Positions 1 to 10,461 of a stretch of DNA of 64,000 nt are shown here, piece after piece. A program made the position numbers and the translations under genes. Every line of letters starts with the position of its first letter. Positions within the stretch are counted from its first letter, which is position 1. The DNA is taken from contig CAWDYC010000011.1 of the NCBI GenBank assembly GCA_963806535.1, forward strand, positions 64,001 to 128,000. The letters are read 5' to 3'. The stretch comes from Candidatus Bathyarchaeota archaeon (lineage in GTDB: Archaea > Thermoproteota > Bathyarchaeia > Bathyarchaeales > Bathycorpusculaceae). The notes beneath the pieces were generated by a model. That model saw only the letters and a program-made list of their open reading frames with translations. It did no database searches and was not told where the DNA came from.

Positions 1-158
1 CATAAAACATACTCCAACAAATCTCTCCATTCTTACACTCAAATCATTTCAGATTCGTCTGAAAATCATCATATATTTTCAATGATCCCTGCTTCATACA
101 TATTATATATTCATACTTCGCCAAAGGAAGTTTATCAAGAGTCTAGAGTTGGGACTGC

Positions 159-1604
159 ATGGAAAAAACAAGGATTTCTAAATCATTCTTTGAATCAACC
201 AAAGCAGCGGCATTGGCAATCTGCGCTGTAATATTATTTTCAATAACGATAACTCCACTTTCTGCTCAGCTTAGCCCTGCTAGAGATTTAACTGGAACAT
301 GGCAAAGCTCAGTTCCTGGCACTTACTACGATATGGATCCCTCTGACTCGAGCACAAGAATGAATGACATAACCGCCACCTTTAAGATGGAAATAACTCA
401 GCAAGGCAGCCAAATAGACATAATATTAAGTTCAAACCCAATAAGTTGGAAAACAGACAGCGCATACTGGGACACATATCAACTCAATGGCGTTCCCCCA
501 GCAGGCGGAATGTCAATTGAGCTTACAGGAACAGTTTCAAGTTCAAGCTTTTCGGCTGATGAGCAAGGAAGCCAACTGACCCAAGAACACTTGTCTGGCA
601 CATTCACTACTGACATTATAACCGCAACCTTGACGGGAACGTCTGAAACAACTGACCAAAATGGAATAGTTGTTATCCGTACAAGCTCACCGACTTCAGC
701 TCCAACTCAAGCCCCGACTTCTAACCCGACAGCTCAACCAACAAGCCGCTTCTTTGGCAACATTGAAACAGTTAAAGGCCAAGCAAATATCATAGATCCG
801 AACGGCGGTGAATCGCCCGCAGCATCTGGTCAAAATAGCAAGCGGCAGCTCAAATTCTGACAGGCGACAATTCAATCGTCAGTTTTACTCCTCCCAATCA
901 GGGCGGAACAGTGTATTTAGGTTCAAACAGTGAGGCTGGATGGGTAGGTCTCACTTCACAGCCTGCACCAGACAATGGAATAGTCTATTCAGTGTATCCT
1001 CCAAGTGTGGCCAAATCTACAAATTGGCGAGAAGGTTTCTGGGACATGGTAATATCGATGCCATTGGAAGCTACAATTGCAGTTGGAATTTTTAGTGAAA
1101 CAATTGGAACTGCGGCTGCTGTTGCTATAGTCGTTGAGGGAGGCGTGTATTTGCTTCATCATGGAAATGCATACATTACGGAAACTGTTTCGCACATGAT
1201 AGATATACCGCAGGGGACGCTTGTTGGTTTAAAAACTGAATATGCCATAAACGTTCTATCTGATGGAACAACCACTGTTCAAGTCTTTAGTGGTCCAGTA
1301 CTATTCATTGACCCGATCACAAATAATACAATAACTGTCGGCACGGATCAGAGTGCTCACACTTCCTTCAACACAACCAAACGGATTTACCACACAGAAT
1401 TTGCAGAATGACATTTCAACGTTCACACCAGGTTCAGTAAATCAATGGTGGACGCAGACATCACAATCATCTTCTGATAGCCTCTTAGATCAACCACTAA
1501 TTGTTGTGGCTTTTATTATTGCAATAGCTTTAGGGATATCTACTGCCGCTGTCACCCTTTCAAAGCGAAGGAAAACTTCACATTCAGTTACAGTCCCAAA
1601 GTAA
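159..1604 (+). CDS. Secreted/surface protein with FecR-like domain and C-terminal membrane anchor (split by 2 frameshifts)
   Basis: Signal peptide and Pro/Thr linker in 159..860. The FecR-like segment runs across the first frameshift (GNIETVKGQA...GDNSIVSF...VYLGSNSE...KTEYAINVLSDGTTTVQVFSGPV). TM helix plus KRRK tail in 1353..1604. Confidence 0.6.
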
Positions 1605-1977
1605 TGCCAAGCCATCATTGCCATCGATGTCAGATGGACCAAAGAATCCGATGTATGAAATGGCAGGCCGGAAAAAAAATTCAAGCAACTTTACAGCAAC
1701 ATTTAACCAACACCCTACAACTATTTTATTGCCTTGCCAAAATTGAGCACCCATAACGACGGACTCAACAGAGGTACGCAAGAAACACAAAGCTTGCACC
1801 CATGACGAGCGAGTTCTACCCAATTATGGAACAGGTGAGGCGCGGGCGAAAAAAGTCCCAAGCCGAGAGAACTTAGCCAAGCAAAAAGCAACGCTCAGCA
1901 ATGAGGTTAAGTGTTAGGTTACTTGGGCGACAAACAGCCCGTAAAAGTGGCAAACTATTTTTGGCACTTGAGACTTT

Positions 1978-2033
1978 AGTCAACAAACTTTGACTTAATT
2001 TCAGTCAAGAGACCTTTACGAGAAGCCTTATAA
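1978..2033 (+). promoter_or_regulatory. Motif-A array copy 1 plus BRE/TATA
   Basis: AGTCAA-caaact-TTGACT-taatttc-AGTCAA-gagacc-TTTACG-agaagcc-TTATAA; ATG follows at 2058. Confidence 0.8.
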
Positions 2034-2057
2034 CAAAAACCAGTCCCAAATGTAATC

Positions 2058-2834
2058 ATGGGAAGTATAGGCAAGAGTTTCGCATTAATTCTAATTCTAA
2101 TCCTAATAATACCTATCTTAAGTCTGAGTCTATCGTTTGTTAAACCGGCGTTTGCCCAGACAGCGGCTACACCGTCTACTCCAGAATTCACCATTAAGCT
2201 AGGTGTTGCTTCCAACGATGTACCTTCCACTTACTCATTAAATTCGAGTTCAGGACAGACAATAGCGCAACCTGGTTACCATGAAGAGTACACCACTATA
2301 GAATTGGTTATCAAGAATCAACCTCTCGTATTCACCAATTATCCGGGTTGGAACGGTGTAGGGTTCTTCTACAACGTTCGCACAACGACCACACCGGATA
2401 CTGGCAGCTGGAATGAACTCTATAATGCTCAGGATGGATATTTAATCCCAGCAAACAGTTCGTACACAACCGTGTCTATTCCTTTCAAAGGTAATGACAT
2501 GATTGATATTCAAGTTGAAGCGATGATAGGACAAATTGTTAAACTACAAGTATCTGACCCTAACACTCCAAGCCACTGGCGTGATGCAGGTACCAGTCTT
2601 TTTGAAGGTCAATTTAGCGGATGGAGCGCTAATCAAACAGCAACCATTAGCGACACAATTACCTACTTAGAATCTTCTCCAACAGCAACCCCAGCTTTAC
2701 CGTCAGCTAATACTGCTACTTCCTCATCGACTCTCTTTTTGATAATCGCCATAACAATCATAGTAATCGCATTCCTGTTAGGCATTATAATTTCATTAGT
2801 TATCTATTTTAGAAAACGAATAGTCACTAAGTGA
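2058..2834 (+). CDS. Surface protein with signal peptide and C-terminal TM anchor
   Basis: Signal peptide ending KPAFAQ, PSTPEFTIK, IDIQVEAMIG, SGWSANQT, S/T/P linker, TM and RKR tail. Confidence 0.85.
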   Translation: MGSIGKSFALILILILIIPILSLSLSFVKPAFAQTAATPSTPEFTIKLGVASNDVPSTYSLNSSSGQTIAQPGYHEEYTTIELVIKNQPLVFTNYPGWNGVGFFYNVRTTTTPDTGSWNELYNAQDGYLIPANSSYTTVSIPFKGNDMIDIQVEAMIGQIVKLQVSDPNTPSHWRDAGTSLFEGQFSGWSANQTATISDTITYLESSPTATPALPSANTATSSSTLFLIIAITIIVIAFLLGIIISLVIYFRKRIVTK

Positions 2835-2864
2835 CCTTTTCCCACGGTAGCAACAAACTTAATA

Positions 2865-2950
2865 AAATTGTGTCACTCAAAAAATAGTCAATAAACTTAC
2901 TAATTTCGGTAAACCGCTTAGTCAAGAAAGCTTGACGAAAACTCTTTTAT
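2865..2950 (+). promoter_or_regulatory. Motif-A array copy 2 (long form) plus BRE/TATA
   Basis: aaattgtgtcactcaaaaaat-AGTCAA-taaac-TTACT-aatttc-GGTAAA-ccgctt-AGTCAA-gaaagc-TTGACG-aaaactc-TTTTAT. Confidence 0.75.
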
Positions 2951-2983
2951 CGCTAATTACAAAAAAAGACTATTAGAGTTAGA

Positions 2984-3538
2984 ATGAATAAAAAAATAAT
3001 ATCCGCAGTAGCTTTGGTAACTATTTTGTTTGCAACTGTATTCACTGGCACGTTTGTTTATTATAACTCTCAAATTGCAAATCTAAAAATGAAAATCTCA
3101 AGCCTTCAAGCTCAAATAGCAGAAAAGTCGTCCATAAATCTTGTCACAGCATTAGGGGTAACTGAAATAGCTGCTGAATACGGTCTGGGCGGTATTCCAC
3201 CTTATAATCACCTTTGGATTGATGGCACAGTAACAAATCAGGGAGGAGGATTTGTATATTACACAGGATTGCATGTCCTTGCTTATGCTGCCAATGGAAC
3301 TTTGGAAATAAACATGACTGTCCCCATAAATCCGTTGAATGAGAACTCTCAGACGAACACTGGGTGGTACGGCACTGATGAAAGAATTTACGCTTATCTT
3401 TCGAGCTATGGGGATTATTCTTCGTACCAACGTGGAAATTTACGCAGTGGGGAAACATCGGATGTTAATATCCACATTTTTCATGAAGGCATAGTTTCTA
3501 ATTGGACTATAACGCCAGTTTGGACAAATTCACCGTAG
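2984..3538 (+). CDS. N-terminally anchored exported protein with short coiled coil and Ig-like (FxLYD-like) domain
   Basis: N-terminal TM, QIANLKMKISSLQAQI coiled coil, LWIDGTVTNQG...GLHVLAYAANGTL beta-rich domain. Confidence 0.75.
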   Translation: MNKKIISAVALVTILFATVFTGTFVYYNSQIANLKMKISSLQAQIAEKSSINLVTALGVTEIAAEYGLGGIPPYNHLWIDGTVTNQGGGFVYYTGLHVLAYAANGTLEINMTVPINPLNENSQTNTGWYGTDERIYAYLSSYGDYSSYQRGNLRSGETSDVNIHIFHEGIVSNWTITPVWTNSP

Positions 3539-3607
3539 TCAAGACCCCAAAACAATTTCGGATTTGGTTCAAGTATCTCAAAAACTTTGGTAAAAAGTGT
3601 GCCACTC

Positions 3608-3705
3608 AAAAAGAATTCTGAGTGGTTTGCGAAAGACCAAGCTTAATTGAAAAAGGAGGTTTAGTAGAAGTTGCGTGTTTCTTTGCGTTTCTCTGCTTCT
3701 TCATA
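3608..3705 (+). repeat. Shared ~80-100 bp segment, copy X
   Basis: Close match to the reverse complement of 26202..26281, apart from an 18-bp length difference. Confidence 0.85.
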
Positions 3706-3895
3706 GAAACGCAACCTTAGAATTGGGGGCGGTCCCAAATTGTTTGCTTCACCAAGTTCAGAGAGCGTCATAAATTTCTCATAAATAGCAATCAACAAAT
3801 AAGAAAATAGGGGTAAGCAATAAGTGAAGAAGCCAGCAGTAAAAAATTACTAAGGCTAAAGGCAGATGACATCCAGCACACCAGCGTTCCAAGCA
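3661..3895 (-). pseudogene. 3' remnant of a membrane-protein gene
   Basis: Manual translation ...FTAGFFTYCLPLFSYLLIAIYEKFMTLSELGEANNLGPPPILRLRFYEEAEKRKETRNFY*; the 5' part is disrupted and abuts vapC. Confidence 0.4.
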
Positions 3896-3900
3896 TAGGA

Positions 3901-4272
3901 TTAGACGATTTTTATGTTGCTACCAACACTGGCAAGTTTTCGATCCCTTGTTAGCAATACCTCATCGTGCGCCAATGATATGCCGGCAATAAGCAAATCG
4001 TTCTCATTAATCATTCTGCCGGAATCCTTAAGCTCTTTAAAAAGAATCGCGGCTTTTCTTGCAGCGTCACTATCGAATGGATAGATAGTTAATTCCGAGA
4101 GGAAATCTTCTGCCAGCTGTCTCTTCAGCTTTGTCTTATGCTTAAGCAATTCATACTCAGTTATGCTGGTTGTCTTTATTTCTTCCTCGTTGGCGATTTC
4201 TTGTATTAAGGAAACAAGCTTTTCGTCGCCGGCTATGAAATCAATGATAACGCTTGTATCGATTAACATCAT
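3901..4272 (-). CDS. vapC: VapC PIN-domain toxin
   Basis: LIDTSVIID, ITEYELL, INENDLLIAG and LLTRD PIN motifs. Confidence 0.93.
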   Translation of the reverse strand: MMLIDTSVIIDFIAGDEKLVSLIQEIANEEEIKTTSITEYELLKHKTKLKRQLAEDFLSELTIYPFDSDAARKAAILFKELKDSGRMINENDLLIAGISLAHDEVLLTRDRKLASVGSNIKIV

Positions 4273-4505
4273 TATTCCTCTTCGAATGATCTGCCGTAAT
4301 TTGCTTCCCTTTCAGCAGCAATTTGTATTTTTAGCTGCTCAAGTTTTTCCTTTTCGTTTTTCATAACTCCTGCAAATTTCATTATGTCGGTTTTCTTTTT
4401 TGTTGAGCAGAGGCTTTCTTTTATTACTTCGGAGAAGCTTTTTTTGCCTTTTCGCTTTGATAGAAGTTCGTAGACTTCATTTGAGACTGAAATCTGTCGT
4501 GCCAT
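4272..4505 (-). CDS. vapB: VapB-family antitoxin (probable start 4505)
   Basis: MARQISVSNEVYELL...KKSFSEVI DUF217-type N-terminus; translationally coupled to vapC. Confidence 0.88.
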   Translation of the reverse strand: MARQISVSNEVYELLSKRKGKKSFSEVIKESLCSTKKKTDIMKFAGVMKNEKEKLEQLKIQIAAEREANYGRSFEEE

Positions 4506-4724
4506 CTTAGTTCCTTCAATACATAGTGTATACATACTTACTGATAAATCTTCTCAGATGAGGCATCTACCTGAACGATCAGTAGCCCGATTAGCCGAAA
4601 TATGCATTTTAGTACATGTTTAGGTCTGGTATTTTTTACAAGCTATGGAGAAACCGATACTTGGGATAAGAGATCAACAGGGTAACTTCCCAAACTTAGT
4701 TTTAAGGCATCTCTCAAAAACAGC

Positions 4725-4780
4725 AGTCAAAAAACCTTGACTACATTTCAGTCAAAAAACCTTTACGAGAAGCCTTATAA
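4725..4780 (+). promoter_or_regulatory. Motif-A array copy 3 plus BRE/TATA
   Basis: AGTCAA-aaaacc-TTGACT-acatttc-AGTCAA-aaaacc-TTTACG-agaagcc-TTATAA; similarity to copy 1 continues to the ATG at 4805. Confidence 0.85.
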
Positions 4781-4804
4781 CAAAAACCAGTTCCAGATGT
4801 AAAC

Positions 4805-5688
4805 ATGGGTAGCTGCGGCAAAGTTTTCGCAATATTCTTTATTCTAATTATGGTCATCTCAGCTCTAAATCTATTGATGATAAAACCCGCATGTGCGCAG
4901 TCAATACCCACACCCTCTATTCCCCAGTTCACCATTAAGTTCGTAAATGCTTCCTAAGTTTAACTACAACAAATTCTTATACTGGAGTAAATGAAACTCA
5001 GCTAATTATTAATAACTCAATTGAAATTACAATAAATAACCAGTTCTTTGACAATTCAAACAACAAAATATATTACAATATTCGAACTAAACCTCACTTT
5101 TCAGAAAATTGGACTGAAGTTTACCCAATACAAAACAGAACTAGTTCCTACAATGGAGATGGCACTTTCTCTTTTGCATGGTATATTGACGATTCTTCTC
5201 CGAAATCAAATTCAAGTTACACCACTATTGCTTTCCCTGTTGTAGCAACTGAATATTATTCAGAATCAGGCTTTGATATTCAGAGGTACTATTCTGGAGA
5301 TATAAGTCAAGAAGGTAGATACTTTGCGTTTTTACATGGTATTCCAGCCAATGCTCAAATTGATTTCCAAGTAGAGGCATTAGTTGGGCATAATTCTACA
5401 TACTGGTATATTCAACATCCTCTTTACCCTACGATTGGTGGATATTCAGCCCCTGCCATTGCATACGACTTAACAAGTGGTTGGAGTAATGCACAAACAG
5501 TAACTATAAGTTCAACTTCTGGTCACCAACTTCAACTCCTACCGTTCCAGAGTTTCCGCTTGTTAGCAATTTTGCCCTTGTCACTCTTAGTGCTCTTTAT
5601 TGCGTTTAAGCAAAAGCTAAAGAAACCAAATCTCCTAGGTTGGACAATGAGTGACCAGCGAATAATGGATGTGTTAGCTCATGGCTGA
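4805..5688 (+). pseudogene. Frameshifted paralog of 2058..2834 with PEF-CTERM-like tail (missed by ORF track; 3' end approximate)
   Basis: MGSCGKVFAIFFILIMVISALNLLMIKPACAQSIPTPSIPQFTIKFVNAS, then after frameshifts IYYNIRTKPHFSENWTEVYP...QIDFQVEALVG...SGWSNAQTVTI...PTSTPTVPEFP, a hydrophobic stretch and a basic tail. Confidence 0.75.
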
Positions 5689-5932
5689 ATCCGTAAATTT
5701 TGAACCCAAAAGTTTAGGCGATTTAAGCCAGTTTCTGGAAGAAAATAAAGACACTTACCATGAAATCTGGGTAATTATAACAAATAAAAAGGCTGCTTTT
5801 CCTCAGGTAGTATCATTCAACGATGTCGTGAGTGAAGCAAAAAAACAAGGGCTAATTGATAGCCGCATAAAAAATGTTGATGAAAAACGTTACATGATTC
5901 GTTTGACAAAAAGATTAAAGCCTGAAGTTTGA
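5681..5932 (+). CDS. YdeI/OmdA-like N-terminal domain protein
   Basis: EIWVII...VSFNDVVSEA...GLIDSRIKNVDEKRYMIRLTKR resembles the YdeI N-terminus. Confidence 0.55.
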   Translation: MAESVNFEPKSLGDLSQFLEENKDTYHEIWVIITNKKAAFPQVVSFNDVVSEAKKQGLIDSRIKNVDEKRYMIRLTKRLKPEV

Positions 5933-6059
5933 AAATTTGAAAATAATGTGCTAAATTTGTCAATGCCGTAAAATCAGTACCTAACGAATAATTGTGCTAA
6001 TTGTAAGGCTAAGATTCTGTAATTTATGGTTTGAATCCAGAAGGAATAGAATACCTCTC

Positions 6060-6384
6060 ACTTCCGAATAGATGAACCAATACCAGAAAAACCAAAAGGA
6101 ATTCCATACACCTTTAAACCTAACACTAATGTTTGGAATTGCCCTCAATGTGGAAGTTAGAATCCAAACGATTATGAATTCTGTTATGTATGCCGTATAG
6201 TTCCTAAACCAAAAGAAGCCTTAACGATAAAACAGTAATTCTTCTTTTAACTGAAATTTGAAGGGGTAATATTTGGATGGTTAATATTGATAAAGAAATA
6301 GACGTTCCTTGTTAGTACTGTGGACATAAAACTAAGATCAGGATTTCTGGAAGTCTACCTATTGTACCTAAAAATATAGTATAA
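6060..6384 (+). pseudogene. Decayed small zinc-finger ORFs
   Basis: VWNCPQCGS*NPNDYEFCYVC (RanBP2-like, TAG at 6158) and MVNIDKEIDVPC*YCGHK (TAG at 6313). Confidence 0.5.
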
Positions 6385-6450
6385 GAAAAAATCAAAAATT
6401 CTTCAAGTTTCTTTAGTTTACTTTACCGAATATTTTTGTTCTTCGTAACA

Positions 6451-8226
6451 TCAGATTTCTTGTTCTGATAATAATTTAAATTCAAACCTATCGGCATTAA
6501 GGAAGTTTCTCAACCTTGCTTTCTCAATCTCTAAAGTCCACTTTTTAAATTCTCCCTGGGGAATGACGTTTTGGCGTATAGCATTTTGAATATTATCAAT
6601 TAATTGCCTTATATCACCCGTATCGTTCTCAAAAACCTTGTATTCCCATGGGTTTACCCCATTTCTTAAGTTGATAAAATATTGTGATAAGGCTTCAAGT
6701 TTTTTAATGCTTTTAATTATTGGATTCAGCCTATCTTTGAACTTTGGTGTTAACAATTCAAGTTTTCTATTATTTTCATCAAGTAAAGGGTTAATCCATT
6801 CACTAACCACTTTTCTTAGATCGTTTCTTTCATCTGAAAGTCCAAACAAAAAGCAATCCTGATGTGAGTTTGTTATTTTGAGATTATCTACACTTAGAAG
6901 TGTTAACGAGTCATTTACTCGCTGTAACCAAATATCCTCAAATCCATCTTTGGAGATTATAGAATGCAGCAAGCTTCTAAAGCTCATTTGAAGTCTTGTT
7001 TGTGAAGGATTAAACTCAAGCTCGTTCCAGCTTTTTCTTATTTTCTTTTCTAAAATGCTTTGAGCTTTTGCCGTAAACTCTTCTTGTAAACACGTTCTTA
7101 ATAGAGATTGCCAATCAGGTGTATCTCCAGATTTCTCCTGTTCTAAAAACCCCTTTTCAGTTCTAATAATATTTTGAAGAGCTCTTAAGTAATTGTTTTT
7201 CAGCAGATGAATAATAGTTGAAAAAGGATAAGGTAAGCAGAAAACCTTTCCTGATAATCTTGAGAGAGCTTTTGTGTTTTTGTCAACGTATCTAAGTTTT
7301 GTTTCATAAAGTTCTTGAGCGTTAGGGTCAACTATAATCACGTTTAGGTCTTCATTTGCTCTTGCAGCATCCCATAACATATGTATGATATATTCATCTC
7401 TAAACGAGTATCCAACAACTACTAAGAATTTTGCTCTTTGAAAAAGCGTTTTTTTAAACATTAACTGTAAATCTGTTAGTGGTTCAACGTACTCTGATTT
7501 TTGTGCTGGATAAATTAGCAAAGGCTTTACATCTTCGCCATAGATAAGTCTCAAATCTATAGGGTCTTCAAACATTTCCACGAAAGCAGAAACAGGAATT
7601 TTAATACATTCTTTTGTCTTCTCATTTTGATACCATATTACTGAACCATGAAGCTTATAGTGAAAAACATCATAATTTTTGAAGTTATTTTCATTCCAAG
7701 TAATATCAAACCCATCAGTATAGCTACGATGATTTAGATAGCAAGATTGTTCAATACATGTATCATAGTTTGTTGAAAAAATTTCAACAGGTGAATCAAA
7801 GCTAAACAACTCTTGCAAATATTCAAGATTTTTTTGGTTTTCAATCACCACTTTTCTTCTAATAAAATTTTGGAGGAACCTTTCAATGAATAAAAGCTCT
7901 GATTGCTTCAGTTTATATTTTAACTCAAGGTTATTGTAAAAATAAAGAAGCGGTTCTTTATCCCTTCCAATAAGACGGCGAAGCGTGTCTAAGAGTTGTT
8001 CAACATCTACGCTTTTTTTGTCTTCACCCAAGAGCTTAACATTATACTTCTCTCTTATTTTCAAAATTCTAGATAAAAGTTCACCAAATTCAGGACGTTC
8101 ATTATTGACATAACTTTCAAATTCTTTGACAAAACTGTAAGTATCTGGAACGCCAGCATCTACAGATGCTCCAGCACCAAAAAGAAAAACCAGTGCTTCT
8201 CTGCGTTCTTTCTCTGTTGTACTCAA
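6451..8226 (-). CDS. SIR2-like (SIR2_2) domain protein, putative NADase defence effector
   Basis: FLFGAGAS, FSTNYD, YKLHGS and VVVGYSFRDEYI motifs; long helical C-terminus; AT-rich. Confidence 0.85.
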   Translation of the reverse strand: MSTTEKERREALVFLFGAGASVDAGVPDTYSFVKEFESYVNNERPEFGELLSRILKIREKYNVKLLGEDKKSVDVEQLLDTLRRLIGRDKEPLLYFYNNLELKYKLKQSELLFIERFLQNFIRRKVVIENQKNLEYLQELFSFDSPVEIFSTNYDTCIEQSCYLNHRSYTDGFDITWNENNFKNYDVFHYKLHGSVIWYQNEKTKECIKIPVSAFVEMFEDPIDLRLIYGEDVKPLLIYPAQKSEYVEPLTDLQLMFKKTLFQRAKFLVVVGYSFRDEYIIHMLWDAARANEDLNVIIVDPNAQELYETKLRYVDKNTKALSRLSGKVFCLPYPFSTIIHLLKNNYLRALQNIIRTEKGFLEQEKSGDTPDWQSLLRTCLQEEFTAKAQSILEKKIRKSWNELEFNPSQTRLQMSFRSLLHSIISKDGFEDIWLQRVNDSLTLLSVDNLKITNSHQDCFLFGLSDERNDLRKVVSEWINPLLDENNRKLELLTPKFKDRLNPIIKSIKKLEALSQYFINLRNGVNPWEYKVFENDTGDIRQLIDNIQNAIRQNVIPQGEFKKWTLEIEKARLRNFLNADRFEFKLLSEQEI

Positions 8227-8361
8227 AGCTTTTCCCAGACTATTCTTAATGACTGTGTAAAGTTATAACATTTACCAAAGTTGTTAGTCTTAAGTTAAGT
8301 TCATCTAATGATAAATCTTAAATCTGCATAGAGTGGAATAGACGAAAAGAGAAAAAGCAAA

Positions 8362-8502
8362 ATGGCTACTTACAAACAGATTCAAGCCTATGTAAAAAAC
8401 AAACACGGTTTCCTGCCTAAAACTTGCTGGATTGCTCACGCAAGAGAGGTTTATGGTCTTCCATCAAGAAAAGCATGGAACAGACTTTTAAAAACTAACT
8501 GA
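8362..8502 (+). CDS. Small conserved-looking hypothetical protein, probably 3'-truncated
   Basis: MATYKQIQAYVKNKHGFLPKTCWIAHAREVYGLPSRKAWNRLLKTN (46 aa, below the ORF cutoff); resembles small ATYK.IQ.YVK..GF.PKTCWIAH proteins. Confidence 0.55.
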   Translation: MATYKQIQAYVKNKHGFLPKTCWIAHAREVYGLPSRKAWNRLLKTN

Positions 8503-8698
8503 GTTCTTAACTCTAAGTTTCCAGAGTACATAAGAACGTAGATCTTAAGCAAGAAAAACTATAAGTTAGGTATCATAGTAAAGAAAGAAGTTAGTTTAAT
8601 GCGAAGGTTGAACTTAAGAAATTTCAATACTAAAAACATTGATACTTTTAAGTTCCACACCCACATTAAATAGGAAACACAAGGAAGATGCGGGCAAT

Positions 8699-9787
8699 TT
8701 GGATATAGAAAAGAAAATTGAGTTAATCTGCAGACCGCCAACAGAAGAAGTAGTTACTCCAGAAGATTTGCGTCAGCTTTTGGAAACAGAAGAGCATCCT
8801 GTAGCCTACAACGGCTGGGAGCCTTCTGGCTTGGCACATCTTGGAACAGGCGTTATCTGCGCTTACAAAATGAAAGACTTCGCCGAAGCAGGCGTCCATT
8901 TCAAAGCTTTTTTGGCGACTTGGCATGCATGGTTAAACAATAAGCTTGGCGGCGACCGAGTACTTATTCGCAAAGCCGCTGAGCTTTTCAGGCATTCATG
9001 GTTGTCGCTTGGTGTGCCCGGAGATAAGGTTGAGTTCATTTATTCTGACGAGCTCTACAAGGATATTGATTATTGGGCTAAAACAGTCATAATTTCAAAG
9101 AATCTCACCTTAGCCCGAACTACAAGAACACTTGAAATCGCTGGCAGAAAAGAAGGAGAAGCACACTACGTCTCAGATTATCTTTATACACCAATGCAAG
9201 TTGCTGATATTTTCGAGATGAAAGTGAAAATCTGCCAGTTAGGCATGGATCAACGAAAAGCAAACATGGTTGCAAGGGAAATCGGCGAAAAAGTAGGCTG
9301 TTGGAAACCAGTCTGCGTTCATCACCACCTGCTTCAGGGCTTAGAAAAACCTTCGATTTGGCCTATTCCTGAGGGTCAAGAGAAAGAAGCTGTTGCCTCA
9401 GCGAAGATGTCTAAGAGCAAACCTCAAACCTGCATTTTCATCTATGATACGCCCGAGGAAATTAAGCAGAAAATGAGCAAAGCGTTCTGTCCTGAAAGAA
9501 CCGTTAAATTCAACCCGATAATGGACATTTGCAAGTACATAGTTTTCCGAGAAAAACCCGTTTTGAAGATTGAACGCCCAGCCAAATTTGGCGGCAATAT
9601 CGAGTTTCAAAGCTTCCAAGAACTCGAATCAGCCTATGCGGAAGGCAAACTGCATCCAATGGACCTCAAAAACGGCGTTGCAGCCGAACTTGCAGATATA
9701 TTAGAGCCTGTTAGGCGTTACTTTGCAAATAATATGGAAGCGAAGGATTGTTTGGAGACTGTACGCCAGGCAAAGATAACAAGGTAA
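8699..9787 (+). CDS. tyrS: Tyrosyl-tRNA synthetase (archaeal; probable TTG start 8699)
   Basis: AYNGWEPSGLAHLG, YTPMQVADI, GMDQRK, KMSKS, LHPMDLK. Confidence 0.95.
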   Translation: MDIEKKIELICRPPTEEVVTPEDLRQLLETEEHPVAYNGWEPSGLAHLGTGVICAYKMKDFAEAGVHFKAFLATWHAWLNNKLGGDRVLIRKAAELFRHSWLSLGVPGDKVEFIYSDELYKDIDYWAKTVIISKNLTLARTTRTLEIAGRKEGEAHYVSDYLYTPMQVADIFEMKVKICQLGMDQRKANMVAREIGEKVGCWKPVCVHHHLLQGLEKPSIWPIPEGQEKEAVASAKMSKSKPQTCIFIYDTPEEIKQKMSKAFCPERTVKFNPIMDICKYIVFREKPVLKIERPAKFGGNIEFQSFQELESAYAEGKLHPMDLKNGVAAELADILEPVRRYFANNMEAKDCLETVRQAKITR

Positions 9788-9792
9788 AGCGT

Positions 9793-10206
9793 TTGTCTAC
9801 AAGATTGAAAGACAAAGAGGAAAAAATCCAGCAAATAATAGAACAATTAACTAGACGAATCAGCTAAGGGAACACTGGTTGTTGTTGAAGGCAAAAAAGA
9901 TGAGTTAGCGCTTCAGAGAGTTAGGCGTTAGCGGCAAAATTTTTACTGTGAAGACAGGCGGCAAATCCTTTTTGCAAGCAACTGAGGAAATAGAAAGATT
10001 AGGTATCACCGAGGTTATTCTTCTGTTGGATTTTGATCGAAGAGGAAAAGAAGGCACTTTGCGTCTTAAAATACAACTTGGAAAGGGCAAAAATCAAGCC
10101 AGACATGAGGTTTTGGCTTGAGTTGAAAGCGTTGGTTGGAAGAGATATCCGATGCATTGAAAGCTTGCAATCCTTCTTGAGTACTCTTCAAGAAAAAGTT
10201 AGCTAA
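9793..10206 (+). CDS. Small TOPRIM-domain protein (UPF0292-like), about 3 frameshifts, absent from ORF track
   Basis: Manual translation gives VVVEGKKD...LRELGV...VILLLDFDRRG...DIRCIESL directly after tyrS. Confidence 0.75.
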
Positions 10207-10461
10207 GCTCATATCGAACTATTAAATTCTTAAAATTTTTGTATTTTTTAAGAATAGGTTGTTTTTTCTTTTTTCAAAATACATATAGTTCTTAATGCTG
10301 CAACCTGACCAAATGGTCCGATAATTCAAAATCCAAAAAATAAAAAAAAGGTGATTACTCCCTGTTACAGCCATTAATTTGGAAGATTACTAGTAGTCTA
10401 TATTCTCGCTTCAAATTTGTTAAATATGATTTCTTCTAGACTCTTTGATCGATAAAACACG

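Noticed and set aside
1746-1810. Short direct repeat gcacccatRacga
   Set aside because: Only two 13-bp copies, with no supporting structure.
3614-3642. Hammerhead ribozyme (CTGAG...CGAAA)
   Set aside because: The CUGANGA core is not met in either copy and the three stems cannot be formed.
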